A stretch of 64,000 nucleotides of DNA from an uncultured Acidobacteriaceae bacterium (GTDB lineage Bacteria > Acidobacteriota > Terriglobia > Terriglobales > Acidobacteriaceae), in NCBI GenBank assembly GCA_963758545.1, contig CAVWVY010000001.1, forward strand, positions 110,141-174,140. The letters run 5' to 3'. The position numbers were made by a program, and so were the translations under genes. The notes under the pieces were generated by a model, which made no database searches, was not told where the DNA came from, and saw nothing but the letters and a program-made list of their open reading frames with translations. This document shows positions 1-12,494 of the stretch, one piece after another; the first letter of the stretch is position 1, and each line of letters opens with the position of its first letter.

Positions 1-2943
1 GTAATGCTGGCAGTTGCGATCGCATTGCCGTTCGGGTCAAAGCCGGCTATAAGGGTCGCCGTCTGCGTAGGATTGGTGGAGAAGGTAACTGTTCCGGTAG
101 GTGAGGTTCCGTTGCTGGGCAGCGTCGCCGATGTGCACAACCGCCGTTATGCCTAGCGTGGCAGTGGTCCCGCCGTTTCCTGGATCGTCCTCAGGCGCGA
201 TGCAGTGTGGTCGTTGTGGCAGCCCTGGTGATGTTGGCGAGGAAAGCGCCGGTGGAGCAAGCGTTGAAGCTGGCATTTCCCGGATAGGTAAGAACGATGG
301 AATGAGAGCCGAATGCCAGCAGGTTGGAGCTGAAGGTTGCCGCTCCTTCAGAGTTGATCGGCAGTGTGGTGATGATATTTGCAGCCCGTTGTCGCTGACA
401 TTGATGGATCCGGACGGGATGCCGACGTTGTTGGTGGTGCGGCGAGTATGGCTCAACCGTGATGCTGACCGGCGTTCCATAGGGAATGCTGGTTGTAGCT
501 GCCGACGTTGATGTTGTGTCCGTACACCACCATCTGGCAGTTTTCCGGCGTTACGGTGATGGGAGGGAGTGGCGCTCAAGCTGGGGGCGTAGGTCTTGTC
601 TCCCGCATAGCGGGCGTAGATGTTGTAGGTGCCGCCGGGCAGCAGGTTCCAGGTATCGTTCGCTGTGCCGCTGCTGAGGGTCAGGGTTTCTACGGCCGAC
701 TCAGCCTGCAGCGGGCTGGAGGTGAAGATGGACGACGTCGCCAGTCAGCTGCGGAAGGTGTTGTGGAAACCGACGAACTTCAGCCAGGTGCTATGGGTGA
801 TGCAGTGCGATGTGACGCCGTTCACCACGCACGTCGGAGGGCGTTGCCGTTAGCGATCGGTAACGGTCAAGGCGACGGAGCTCGGTGTTGTGTTGGGGGC
901 GTGTAGTTGGTGACGAAGCTCGTGATATTGAAGCTGCCGAGGCCCGTAGCCGCATCGTAGCCGGTTCCGGCCGCGTATCCGGTCATATGGCCGCCGGTGC
1001 AGTTCGTGCCGCTGCTGCAGGCCAGCTCGTTGGTGCCCAGGGTGATGTCATGATGGACGATCGAGCCGAAGCATGCGAATACAGAGTCGGGTTGACGTTG
1101 CCGAGTCCGAAGCGCGAACCGGAATTATATTGAGCCACGGCGAGCGCGACCGCGCCGGCAAAGACAGCGCTCGATGCTTCTGTTCCGCCTGAATAGGTGA
1201 ACTGCACCGTTCCCCGTGGACTGGCAGTCCGAAGACTTCATGCAGAACATGTAGGCAGTGTTGTTATAGCCCTCGGTAGTTGTTGGCGCCGCTTCCGGCA
1301 AAGAACGAGACGTCCGGAATGACGCGTGCCGTGTTGCTGATCCCGTTGACTTTGCCGACTTGATAGGACGGCATGCGTCTGGGGAATGACTACTCCAGTA
1401 TTCTGATGACCGCCCCTGCCGTGCTGGGCCGCCGCCGCTGGCCATCTGTACCGACGTGCCGTTCACCGCATTGGAATTTCCGTTGCCCGAGTAGCTATCG
1501 TTCCACACCTGCTCCTGAAACGCGCCCGTAGCAAACAAGCCAACCGGTGGTTTCAACGCGTTCGTGTTCGTATTCACCGACAGATAGTTGGTGCTATTGG
1601 TGGTCGTCCAGTAACTGCTTATCGAGCCGGTGTAGTAGAAGTCGGTGCCCCCTACCGCCGTCAAATAGGGCGAACTGGCAAATCCGTTGACGGCGTATGC
1701 AGCGCTCGCGGCGTTGCCCGAGGTGCCCGGTACAGCGCATCCTGCGGCTCCGGAGTTGCCGGCTGCGGCGACGAATGTGATGCCTTGCGCCGCAGCCTCC
1801 TCCGCCACGCTGTTGACCAGATGCCATGGCGCCGCTGCCGATCGCGGTTTCACATTCCTGGAAGCCGTTCAGCAGCACCTGCACCTGGTTGTCTTCTACC
1901 GCGCGGACCAGCGCGAAGTAGAGGCCAGGGTCATAATCGGTGGTCGCTGAGGTGTAGTAGTAAATGTTTGCGTTGGGGGCGACTGCACTTACCAGCTCGA
2001 TCTGCTTATAGGCGATATACGCGTCGCCATTGACGCCGGGGTCGTTGCCATCCACCACGATGGTCGGCGTCTTAGCAGGAAGCCCAAAGATGCTGCGGTA
2101 GTTGTTGACGTAGGCCACATTGATGTCCGAATCGCCCACAATGCCGACGTTGACGTTCTGGCCGCCGAGGCCCTGGGCTGTGCTCGCCGGGATGCCATAG
2201 ATAACAGCGAGGTCCGCCGGGGAGATGCCATACGTGTCGGGATTCGTCGCGGTAATTGTGTAGAGCGGCTTCAGGGTGTGTGTCGTGGGGTCAAAGGTGG
2301 CCTGGTTGCCTGCCCCCGAACCGCCTTCAATGTGGAAGTTGTTCAACGATGCAACGCCGGCGACAATCCGGCTCAGCGCGGCAGGAACCTTCGGATTCGA
2401 GTTGTTCGCGTAGTAGGTCTTGCCGCCTACGGCGTAGGCGTGGATCTCGGTTTGAAAGGCGGAGTGAATCTGGCCGGCGGTTGCCTCTACCTCAATGGCC
2501 ATGTGGCTGCCATAGAGTCGCCCCACTCGCATCCCTTGCGAGGACAGATAGCTGGACACGCTCTGCACGTCGGAATCAGCAACACCGAAGCGCTTGCCGA
2601 AATCTACCGGCGTAAGCCACTTGTGATAGTTCGGCGAGTGCGGGTCCTGCTGCGAAGCGAGGAAGCTCTGCAGCGCCGTTTCCTGCTCGGGCGAGCGCTT
2701 CAGCACCATCAGCATGTGTCCGCTCAGGCTGGCCGGAGCGGCGCCGCGGTCGAACTGCGGTCGTGCCCAGGGATGCACTCCGCCAGAAAGCGACACCAGC
2801 GCCGACTCGTTCACCGGTCCGGTGATGCGCGGCGTTGCCTGTGCGTGGGCGGTTGCGCTGCCGAGACCGAGAAGTCCTGCGCCAACCAGCGAAAATGCGG
2901 TGGACACCTGGGCGAGTACAGAAAAGTTGCGGACCATAGCCAT
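1..2943 (-). pseudogene. S53 (sedolisin/kumamolisin-type) serine peptidase with pro-kumamolisin activation domain and C-terminal Ig-like repeats; multiply frameshifted, and the gene runs off the left edge of the window
   Basis: ORF 1594..3012 gives a signal peptide (MVRNFSVLAQ...ATAHAQ, ATG at 2937/2943), the propeptide (MLMVLKRSPEQETALQSFL...HKWLTPVDFGKRFG) and the start of the peptidase (GQNVNVGIVGDSD). The protein continues in other frames: APWHLVNSVAEEAAAQGITFVAAAGNSG (ORF 1125..1853), PSYQVGKVNGISNTARVIPDVSFFA, FTYSGGTEASSAVFAG (ORF 983..1207), HHDITLGTNE...GYAAGTGYDAATGLGSFN. Below about 850 the minus strand reads Ig-like repeat sequence (GTYNIYARYAGDKTYAPS; FGSHSIVLTYPGNASF). Confidence 0.75.
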
Positions 2944-3222
2944 CCTGCCATCCATCTCCACCGCGGGCTGCTGAGCATTGCCGGTGGTCGGGAGAAAAGT
3001 GGATGCCCGCACGCTAGGCGTTGCTGCCTGTGTGTGGGCCCGGTTGCGAGTCGATGAGTGTATGTAAGATTGCCGCTCGCAGTGGGGACATTATGGCAAG
3101 GTATTGTCCCGCTTCTTGTGCCACGAAAGTGCAAGTCAGGCCGACAAAGCGGGCGTCACGTGACCAATGTGGAACGGAGAGTGGCACGTTAGTGGGACAG
3201 GCAGTTCCAGGAAGGGAATGCC

Positions 3223-3251
3223 GAAAGAAAAAAGGCCGTCTGAAGACGGCC
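3223..3251 (-). terminator. Rho-independent terminator downstream of the efflux operon
   Basis: On the minus strand: GGCCGTC-TTCA-GACGGCC followed by TTTTTTCTTTC, about 75 nt after the OMF stop at 3324. Confidence 0.6.
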
Positions 3252-3323
3252 CTTCCAATATCGCCTGAGATTCATTTGCCCCGGTTCAAGTGCATATCCT
3301 CACCATGAATCAAGACTTGTTAC

Positions 3324-4798
3324 TTATTGCTGCCAGCCGCCGCCCAGAGCGTTATAGAGCTGCACCAGAGAAAGCATCTCTTCCTCCCGCGCGGAGGCCA
3401 GCGTCAGCTCGCCGGAGAAGAGCGTCGTCTGGTTGGTGAGCACATCCAGATAGCTGGAGTAGCCGCCCTTGTAGCGCATGTTGGAGAGGTTGACGGCATC
3501 GCGCGATGCAGTAACCAGCCGCTCCTGCTGTTCCCGGAACTCGCGGTACTTCTGGTAGGCCACCAGTGCATTCGAGACGTCCTGGAAAGACTGCGCGATG
3601 GTCTTCTTGTAGGTGAGCACCGCTTCGCGCTTCTGTGCTTCGGTGAGACGGACGTTGTTACGAATTCGTCCCGCATCGAAGATCGGCTCGGTGGCCGATG
3701 CGCCATAGGTATAGGCGAACGTCGAGTCGTGGAACAGCGTGTTCAGCGCGTTGCTGGCCGTGCCCACCTGGCCGGTCAGCGAGATCGCCGGAAAATACTG
3801 CGCCTTGGCCACGCCGATCTGCGCGTTCGCCGCGATCAGCTGTTCTTCGGCCTGGCGGATATCCGGCCGCCGCTCAATCAGCGAGGAGGGAAGTCCGGCG
3901 GGAACAACCGGCATACGCGGCTGCTGATCGATGGGCAGGCCGCGCGCGATGGCGCCGGGGTTCTGGCCCAGCAGCGTCTGCAGGGCATTTTCTTCCTGCG
4001 TCGATCTGCCGCTCGATGTCCGGAATCGTCGCTGCCGCGGTGCGACCAGTTCTTCCGCCTGGCGCACATCAAGCAGGCTGGTGCTGCCGCCTGATTCAAG
4101 CGTCTGCGTCAGTTGCAGCGACTCCTGCCGCGAGGCGAGTGTGCGCTTGGCGATCTCAAGTTCAAGATCGAGGGCGCGCAACTGGAAGTAGCCGGTAGCC
4201 ACGTTCAGGATCAGCGTGTCCATCACTTCGCGCTGCGACCACTTGCTGGCCAGCAACTGCGCCCGTGCCGCCTTGGTTGCATTGCGGTACTGGCCCCAGA
4301 AGTCGATGTTCCAGGATGAGGACAAGCCGAGCTGGCCGAGATGGGTAACGAATGAGCCCAGCCCCCCGAACTGCGCGGATGGGTACCGCTGCGCCGTATA
4401 TCCGCCGGCGCCGTTGATCGTAGGAAACTCCTGCGACCGCGTGACGCCGAGCTGCGCCTGCGACTTCCATGACCCGCTCCGCGGCGATGCGGACATCGTA
4501 GTTCTGCTTGAGCGCAGCCCGGATCAGGTTCTGCAACTCGGGATCGCCAAAGACCTCCCACCACTTCTCGTCGCCAAGCGAGAGGGCCGTGGAGGCCGGT
4601 GCTGTTCGCCTGCCCCGGCAGCGGATTGCCGTTCAAATCATGCGGCGTTTCGCTGGTTTGCGTGTTGCCGCTCGCCTCGGCGCCACGGTAGACCGTGGGC
4701 GTGTCGATGGTGGGTCGCTTGTACTTCGGCCCTACCGTGCAGCCCGACAACAGAAGCGTTGCCGCGCTCAGCGTGATGGCGATGCTTTGCTTTCTCAT
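3324..4798 (-). pseudogene. RND efflux outer membrane factor lipoprotein, NodT/OprM family (frame-disrupted)
   Basis: N-terminus MRKQSIAITLSAATLLLSGCTVGPKYKRP (lipobox) is in ORF 4223..4798. DPELQNLIRAALKQNYDVRIAAERV is in ORF 4162..4536. The rest (QLGVTRSQEFPTINGAGGY...IDFWGQYRNATKAARAQ...RRPDIRQAEEQLIAANAQIGVAKAQYFP...LYNALGGGWQQ) is in ORF 3324..4496. The ATG overlaps the pump stop (ATGA at 4795-4798). Confidence 0.85.
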
Positions 4799-7700
4799 AG
4801 GCCATCTCCGGAAATCACAGGCTCGCGAGTCTCCTTACGTGCGCCCCTGGTGGCGACACGATGGGTGATCTTCTCGACCACGGCGAAGGTCACGGGAACG
4901 ATGAAGATGGCGATCAGCGTAGAGGCGAGCATGCCGCCGATCACCACTGTCCCCAGCACCTGGCGCGAGATGCCGCCGGCGCCGCTGGCCACCCAGAGCG
5001 GGATGCAGCCTAGGATGAAGGCGAAGGCCGTCATCAGGATGGGGCGAAGACGGAGCTGAGCGCCCGCCAGCGCGGCATCGTAGATGGTCTTGCCACTCTG
5101 ATATTCGCTGCGCGCAAATTCCACGATCAGAATGGCATTCTTGGCAGCCAGTCCGATCAGCATGACCAGGCCGATCTGCGCGTAGACGTTGTTCTCCAGT
5201 CCACGCAGGGAAAGCGCAAGGAATCCGCCGAAGACAGCGATCGGCGTGCTGAGCAGAACGCTGAACGGCAGCGACCAGCTCTCATACTGCGCAGCCAGAA
5301 TCAGGAAGACGAAGAGCAGCGATACGGCGAAGATGGTCGAAGACGAGACTCCCTGGGCGGCTTTCTGCTCCTGGAAGGTCATGCCCTGATAGTCCAGCGC
5401 CATCTCTCTGGGCATGGTCTCGCGAAAGACCTCTTCAAATGCATCCGTGGCCTGCGCGGAGCTGTAGCCGGGTTTCGCGGTCCCGATCAACTGCGCGGCC
5501 TGATATTCGTTGTAGCGCATGGTGAATTCGGGCCCGGTAATGCGCTTGATCGAAGTCAGGGCCGATAAAGGAATGGAGTTGCCGGAGGCATTCTGCACGT
5601 AGAACTGGCCGATGTTGTCGATGTTCGTGCGCGATGTGCCTTCCGCTTCGATGTAGGTCTGCCACTGGCGCCCGAAGCGATTGAAGTAGTTCACCAGATT
5701 GCCGCCCATGAATGTCTGCAGTGTCTCGTACACGTCGGCCAGGTTGACGCCTTCCTGGATCGCTTTGGCGCGATCGACATCGACATAAATCTGCGGGACA
5801 TTGGGCACGTACGTGGTGATGACGTTGGCGATCTCCGGCCGCTTGTGCAGCGCCGCTATGAATTTGTTGACGTTGTCAGTAAGGTTTTGCTGCGATGCCA
5901 CCGGAGCGGTCCTCCAGCACCGCAGAGACACCGCCGGAGGTGCCGACACCGGGAATAGCAGGAGGCGGGAACGAAAATGCAATGCCTTCCCGGATGCCGC
6001 CAAGTCCCTGGGCGATGTGCTGCTGGATGGCCAGGTACTGTTCGTCCTTGCTCTTGCGCTTGTCCCAGGGCTTAAGCGTGACGAAGTAGAAGGCGTTGTA
6101 GGTGCTCTGCGTGAAGCTGAGCAGGCTGAAGCCGTTGACGCTGACGATGCTCTGCAACGCCCGGAGTCTTGAGGATGACATCCTCGACATGTTTGGAGGC
6201 TTCCGTCGTGCGCTGCAGCGATGCCGCGTTGGGCAGCACCATGCCGACGTAGAGGTAGCCCTGGTCTTCGTCGGGCAGGAAAGAGTTGGGAATGCCGCGC
6301 GCAATCCACACCGCTGCGGCGGAGACCAGCACCAGGAAGACCAGCGCAAAGCCGGACTTCCGGATGAGCAGGCCGGAGGTGCGGACATAAGTATCCCGCG
6401 TGCGGCCGAACGCAGAGTTGAACCACCGGAAGAATGCGCCCAGCGGACCGCGCGCGGGCTTCTTCGGTTTGAGCAAGCAGAGCGCAAAGCGCCGGGCTCA
6501 GCGTCAGCGCGTTGAAGGCCGAGAACAGCACCGAGATCGCAATGGTGATGGCGAACTGCTGATAGAGCCGTCCGGTAATGCCCGGCACGGCGGCGGTAGG
6601 GATGAAGACGGCCGCCAGAATGAGCGCGATGGCGACCACCGGGCTCGCCACCTGCTCCATGGCCGCGATCGAGGCTTCCTTCGGCGACATGCCCTCTTCA
6701 ATATGGTGCTCGACAGCCTCTACCACCACGATCGCGTCATCGACCACCAGGCCGATGGCCAGCACCAGCCCCAGCAGCGACAGCGTGTTGATGGAGAAGC
6801 CAAGCGCGGGGAAGACAACAAACGTGCCGATGAGCGAGACGGGCACGGCGAGCAACGGAATGAGCGTGGCGCGCCAGCCCTGCAGGAAGACATAGACGAC
6901 CAGGATCACCAGGCCAAGCGCGATGCCCAGCGTGATCACGATCTCATGCAGGCCCTGTGTGACCGCCTTCGTGGTATCCAGCGGTACGGCCGATTCCATA
7001 TCCACCGGATAGCGCTTCTGCAACTCTGCCAGCTTCTTGTTCACCGCGGCCGCCGCCGCGACAGCATTGGAGCCAGGCAACTGGAAGATCGCCATGCCGG
7101 CCGCGATCTGACCGTTGTAGCGCACATTCACGTTGTAGGTCTGCGAGCCGAGCTCGATCCGCGCGACATCCTTCAGGCGCAGCACGGAGCCGTCCGGGTT
7201 GGCGCGAATCACGATCTGGCCGAACTGCTTCGGGCGTGACCAGGCGTCCCTGCGAGCGGACGGTATAGGTGAACTCCTGGCCGCCCGGAACCGGCTCGCC
7301 GCCGATCTGTCCGGCAGGGTTCACGTTGTTCTGCACCTGCATCGCGCTGACGATCTGCGGTACGGTCACGCCAAGCTTGGCCAGCTTGCTCGGATCAACC
7401 CAGACGCGCATGGCATACTGCCCGCCGAACACCTGGACGCGGGCCACACCGGGCACGCGCGTCAACTCGTCCGCCATATTGATGTAGGCGTAGTTGACGA
7501 GAAAGTTGGTGTCGTAGGTGCCCTTGGGCGAGTAGAGCATGGCGAACATCAAGGGCGAGGCCAGCGACTTGATGACGGTTACGCCGGCGGTGTTCACCTG
7601 CGCGGGAAGCTGAGGGGTCGCCTGGTTGACGCGAAGCTGCGTGAGCACCTGGTCGATGTCCGGATTGGTCGCGATGTCGAAGTCGACCGTCAGCGACATG

Positions 7701-7960
7701 GCGCCGTTGTTCGCGTTCGTGGAATACATGTAGTTCATGTGGTCCACGCCCGTGACCTGCTGCTCGATCGGCGTTGCTACGGACTGCTCAAGAGTCTTGG
7801 CGTCGGCGCCCGGATAGGTTGCCTGCACCACCACCTCAGGCGGCACGATGTTGGGGAATTGCGAGGTCGGCAGGCTCAGCATCGCCACCACGCCGACGAT
7901 GACCATGATGATCGATATCACCATGGCCACGATGGGCCGGTTGATAAAGAACTTGGACAT
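4795..7960 (-). pseudogene. RND (HAE1, AcrB/MexB-like) inner-membrane multidrug efflux pump (frame-disrupted at four or more sites)
   Basis: N-terminus MSKFFINRPIVAMVISIIMVIVG...FPNIVPPEVVVQATYPGADA is in ORF 6944..7960. The protein continues as VIRANPDGSVLRLKDVARIELG...GLVVDDAIVVVEAVEHH in ORF 4795..7212. The middle part lies in ORFs 6072..6476 and 5876..6487. The C-terminus (LAAKNAILIVEFARSE...) is back in the 4795 frame. Confidence 0.9.
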
Positions 7961-7962
7961 GT

Positions 7963-9285
7963 TTATTTGCCCTCGCTGCCCGCGGACGGTTTTTCAGCGG
8001 CCTTCCCGGATGCGCTATTCGTCGCGTTACCCGGTGTGGCGCCCGAGCCGCCAGGTTGATCCGCGTTTGCCTGCTCCGGCTCCGCGGGATGAGGGTGAAC
8101 AGGGATACCGTCCACCAGCTTGCCCGTGCCTTCCACCACCACCTGCTCGCCCGGTTTGAGCCCGCTGGTGATAAGCCAGTCCGTACCGATCTGTGGCCCT
8201 ACTTCCACCGGCTGGATGTGGACTTTGTTGTCCGCATTGACGACGGCGACCTGGTAGGAGCCTTGCAACTCAGTGACGGCGCGCTGTGGAATGAGAAGTG
8301 CCCCGTGCTGGATCTGGGTCTGCGCGCGCACCCTGCCGTACTGTCCCGGACGCAGCAGGCTCTGCGGGTTGGGGAAGGCTGCCGCGACGCGAATGGTGCC
8401 GGTCTGTGGATTCACCTCGCGATCGACAAAGACGATGTAGCCCTTGCTCGGGTAGACATTTCCATTCGACAGCGTGAGTTCAATGGGCACGCGGCTCGAG
8501 GCGTGCAGCAGATCGGCCGCGCCGCCTTCGCGCGCCTTCTTTGAGAGAGCCAGGTACTCCTGCTCGCTGATCGCGAAGTACACCTTGATAGGCTGCACCT
8601 GCGAGACCGTGGTGAGCACCGTGTCGTTCTTGACCAGGCTGCCGACCTGCGTCGCGGCGATGCCGGCGATGCCGTCCAGCAGCGAGCGCACCTTGGTCCA
8701 GCCCAGGTTCAGCTGGGCGGTCTCGACCGCGGCCTCCTGCGCCTTCACGCTGGCTTCGTCCGCCGCCTGGGTCTGCAGATCGTTGTCCAGCTGCGACCGG
8801 GCAATGGCGCGCGCTTCGGCGAGCGGTGTATCGCGCTTGGTATTGATCTGCGCCAGCTGCAGATTTGCTTTCGCCTGCGCAAGCTGACTCTTCGCCTGGT
8901 CGACCGCTGCCTGGAACGGCCGGGGGTCGATCTCATAGAGGACCTGCCCCTTGCGCACCTCGGAGCCTTCTTTATAGTTCTGCCGGATCAGATAGCCGGT
9001 GACCTGGGGCTGGATCTGCGCGTTCACATAGCCGTCAAGGTTGGCCACCCATTCGCCGTAGATGGGCACGTCCTTCTGCTCCACCGTGGCGGTGGTCACG
9101 TCCGGCGGCGGATACTGGGGCGGGCCGCCCCCGTTGGCTGGCTTGCTGCAGCCGGCAATCAGCGCCAGACCGGCCAGCAGCAGAAGGGCCGCAGCCGAGG
9201 GCAAGCCCGGCGCCTGGCAGGCGGCGCGATCGGAGATTTCGCTCAACGCACAGAAAGAGCGGGGCGAGGTGTTCGCTGAAGTCAT
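7963..9285 (-). CDS. RND efflux periplasmic adaptor (membrane fusion protein, HlyD/AcrA family) lipoprotein
   Basis: Intact 440-aa ORF. Lipobox LALIAGC, coiled-coil region (AAVDQAKSQLAQAKANLQLAQ...), and beta-barrel/MP domains (GTIRVAAAFPNPQSLLRPGQYGRVR). The stop lies 2 nt before the pump ATG. Confidence 0.9.
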   Translation of the reverse strand: MTSANTSPRSFCALSEISDRAACQAPGLPSAAALLLLAGLALIAGCSKPANGGGPPQYPPPDVTTATVEQKDVPIYGEWVANLDGYVNAQIQPQVTGYLIRQNYKEGSEVRKGQVLYEIDPRPFQAAVDQAKSQLAQAKANLQLAQINTKRDTPLAEARAIARSQLDNDLQTQAADEASVKAQEAAVETAQLNLGWTKVRSLLDGIAGIAATQVGSLVKNDTVLTTVSQVQPIKVYFAISEQEYLALSKKAREGGAADLLHASSRVPIELTLSNGNVYPSKGYIVFVDREVNPQTGTIRVAAAFPNPQSLLRPGQYGRVRAQTQIQHGALLIPQRAVTELQGSYQVAVVNADNKVHIQPVEVGPQIGTDWLITSGLKPGEQVVVEGTGKLVDGIPVHPHPAEPEQANADQPGGSGATPGNATNSASGKAAEKPSAGSEGK

Positions 9286-9455
9286 GGGAGCCTTCCCAGA
9301 AAAAAGCGTCCAAGGACGCGGAATACGGAACTGTGATGCCGGCGCGTACGTCCTGCCGGCGAAGTGGTCTGTGATCTAGCGCAGTAGATGAGGGCGCCGG
9401 GGTCCGGGACTCATCGGATTCGTATTTTTTCATAAAACGGCACCCTGTGCCATAA

Positions 9456-9472
9456 TCTGCATGCAGTGCAGA
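9456..9472. promoter_or_regulatory. Inverted repeat TCTGCA-N5-TGCAGA (contains palindrome CTGCATGCAG); candidate TetR operator
   Basis: Lies in the divergent region between the MFP and TetR genes and overlaps the TetR start codon. No further support. Confidence 0.25.
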
Positions 9473-10113
9473 AAACGCTTCGCACCACCGACGGCGAACA
9501 AGGGACGAATTCTCAAGATTCCGGGTCGCTTCGCGAGCGGAAACATGAGTTCGTTCTTAGGGAGATCGAGCAGGCGGCGTGGGACTTGTTTGGTACCGTG
9601 GGCTTCGACCGGGCCACGATTGAGGAGATCAGCCGCAAGGCAGGCGTCTCCCGGCGAACGTTCTTCCGTTATTTCCGCACCAAGGAGGAACTGCTCTCCT
9701 TCAGCGTGGAGCACTTTGGCCAACGCATCGCGGAACGATTCGCCGAAGCGCCCAAGAGCCGCGACCCGCTGGCTGCCCTGGAACACGCCATGCTTTCCGT
9801 CATGCAGGAAGAAATGAAAGACATGCGCAAGCCCAAGGAAATGTTGGGATTGATGTTCGAGGAGCCGGATCTGCGCGGCCGCTTTCTCTGCGCCATGGGT
9901 CGTTGGGTCCCCATCCTGAGCCAGGAGTTGGCGAAGCGAAAGGCCTATCGCGGCGATCGGGCACGCTGCGATCTGGCCGCCGCGCTCTACTGCACCGCCT
10001 TCGACCAGGCCCATCTGCGCTGGTATCGCGAGCCCGGTGTAGACCTGCCGACGCAGGCCAGGCGCGCCTTCCGCCAGATTCGCGAGAAGAAGAACTCCCG
10101 TCCCGCCCGATAG
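9466..10113 (+). CDS. TetR/AcrR family transcriptional regulator
   Basis: The HTH region REIEQAAWDLFGTVGFDRATIEEISRKAGVSRRTFFRYFRTKEELL is typical of TetR_N. GTG start. Divergent from the efflux operon. Confidence 0.85.
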   Translation: MQKTLRTTDGEQGTNSQDSGSLRERKHEFVLREIEQAAWDLFGTVGFDRATIEEISRKAGVSRRTFFRYFRTKEELLSFSVEHFGQRIAERFAEAPKSRDPLAALEHAMLSVMQEEMKDMRKPKEMLGLMFEEPDLRGRFLCAMGRWVPILSQELAKRKAYRGDRARCDLAAALYCTAFDQAHLRWYREPGVDLPTQARRAFRQIREKKNSRPAR

Positions 10114-10227
10114 TTTCCTGCGGATTCGTTTCCGTCTGCGCATCGCCGCTCGCGCCTCTACTGACTAGTCGAACGAGAGGGCAGCAAAACGACAACGGAA
10201 CGAAAAATCCTATGAAAGTCGCGAGGG

Positions 10228-11373
<1,146 letters not shown>

Positions 11374-11849
11374 GAGTCACCTCCGGCGAGGCGAAAGAAT
11401 CAACGGGTCGCAAGGCAAATCTCCAGTGCGCTGTCAGTCGGTCAAGATCGAAGAGGAAGGGTGGCTTGTCCCTGGCCGGTTGGTTCGCATCTGGAGCGGA
11501 GAGCTCAGAGTCCAGGCGCAAACTGCACACCAGCCAGGGTGCGCATGGCCATAGGCATTCGTCCGCCAGAGGAGAAGATCATGGTCTGAGGCTAAGGGAA
11601 GGCGGGTGTCGCGTCAAGGCGTCGCATGCTTCAGCAGGGAACTTCCGCTGCGGTGTGAGGGTTTGCGCATAAGCTTCGCTTCGCTACAAAAGCCCAACCA
11701 GTGCATTGGCGATTTGGCACTAACCGGGATCGGACCTCAGGAGCAGTTGCGGGCCGGTCTTCCGAGAAGTTTGTCGTTGAATCGTTCGCGACTCCAAGTA
11801 GCATGAATCCCGACGACCGGGCTTCAGTTCCGACCCAGGGAGACAGAAC

Positions 11850-12347
11850 GTGGCCATTCGCACTGCGAAGCTGTTGCTCCTTGCAGGAGTCGCTCTTTTC
11901 TATTCGCTTGTCGTGTTCAATAATCTGACGGATTTCAGCTCGAATTACCAGCTTGTCCGCCACGTCCTCATGATGGACACAACCTTTCCCGGGAACCATG
12001 GGATGTGGCGGGCCCTCACGTCACCAGCCGCCGCCTATTCGTTTTACATCGCCATTATTGTGTGGGAGATCGTAACGGCAATTTTGTTGTGGTGGGGCTG
12101 CGCGGCGCTATTACGCGCCATGCGGTGTCCGGCCACGAACTTTGAAGCGGCCAAACGCATGCCCATAATCGCGCTGACGCTATCGCTTCTCATGTGGCTG
12201 GTGGCGTTCATCTCAGTTGGCGGGGAATGGTTTCTCATGTGGCAGTCGCAGGGGTGGAACGGCGAGGAAACCGCCTTTCGCGATTTCACAATCGTTGGAA
12301 TCGTGCTGCTTGCTTTCATGTTTCCGGAACGGGATGTGCAGCCGTAG
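11850..12347 (+). CDS. DUF2165-family small integral membrane protein
   Basis: 165 aa with four predicted TM segments. The motif VVFNNLTDFSSNYQLVRHVLMMDTTFPG is recalled as characteristic of DUF2165. GTG start 8 nt after GGGAGA. Confidence 0.65.
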   Translation: MAIRTAKLLLLAGVALFYSLVVFNNLTDFSSNYQLVRHVLMMDTTFPGNHGMWRALTSPAAAYSFYIAIIVWEIVTAILLWWGCAALLRAMRCPATNFEAAKRMPIIALTLSLLMWLVAFISVGGEWFLMWQSQGWNGEETAFRDFTIVGIVLLAFMFPERDVQP

Positions 12348-12494
12348 AGGTCGACAAACGGATGCGAGCCGCAATGTCCGATGGCCGCCGACCCGCTATT
12401 GCTGATGCCGGGCCAGGAATGAGAAATCGGCGATAGTCCGGCGAGCTTCCGCAGCGTGAGTTGTTAACCGTTGCGAAGAGGCCTGAGCACGTTT

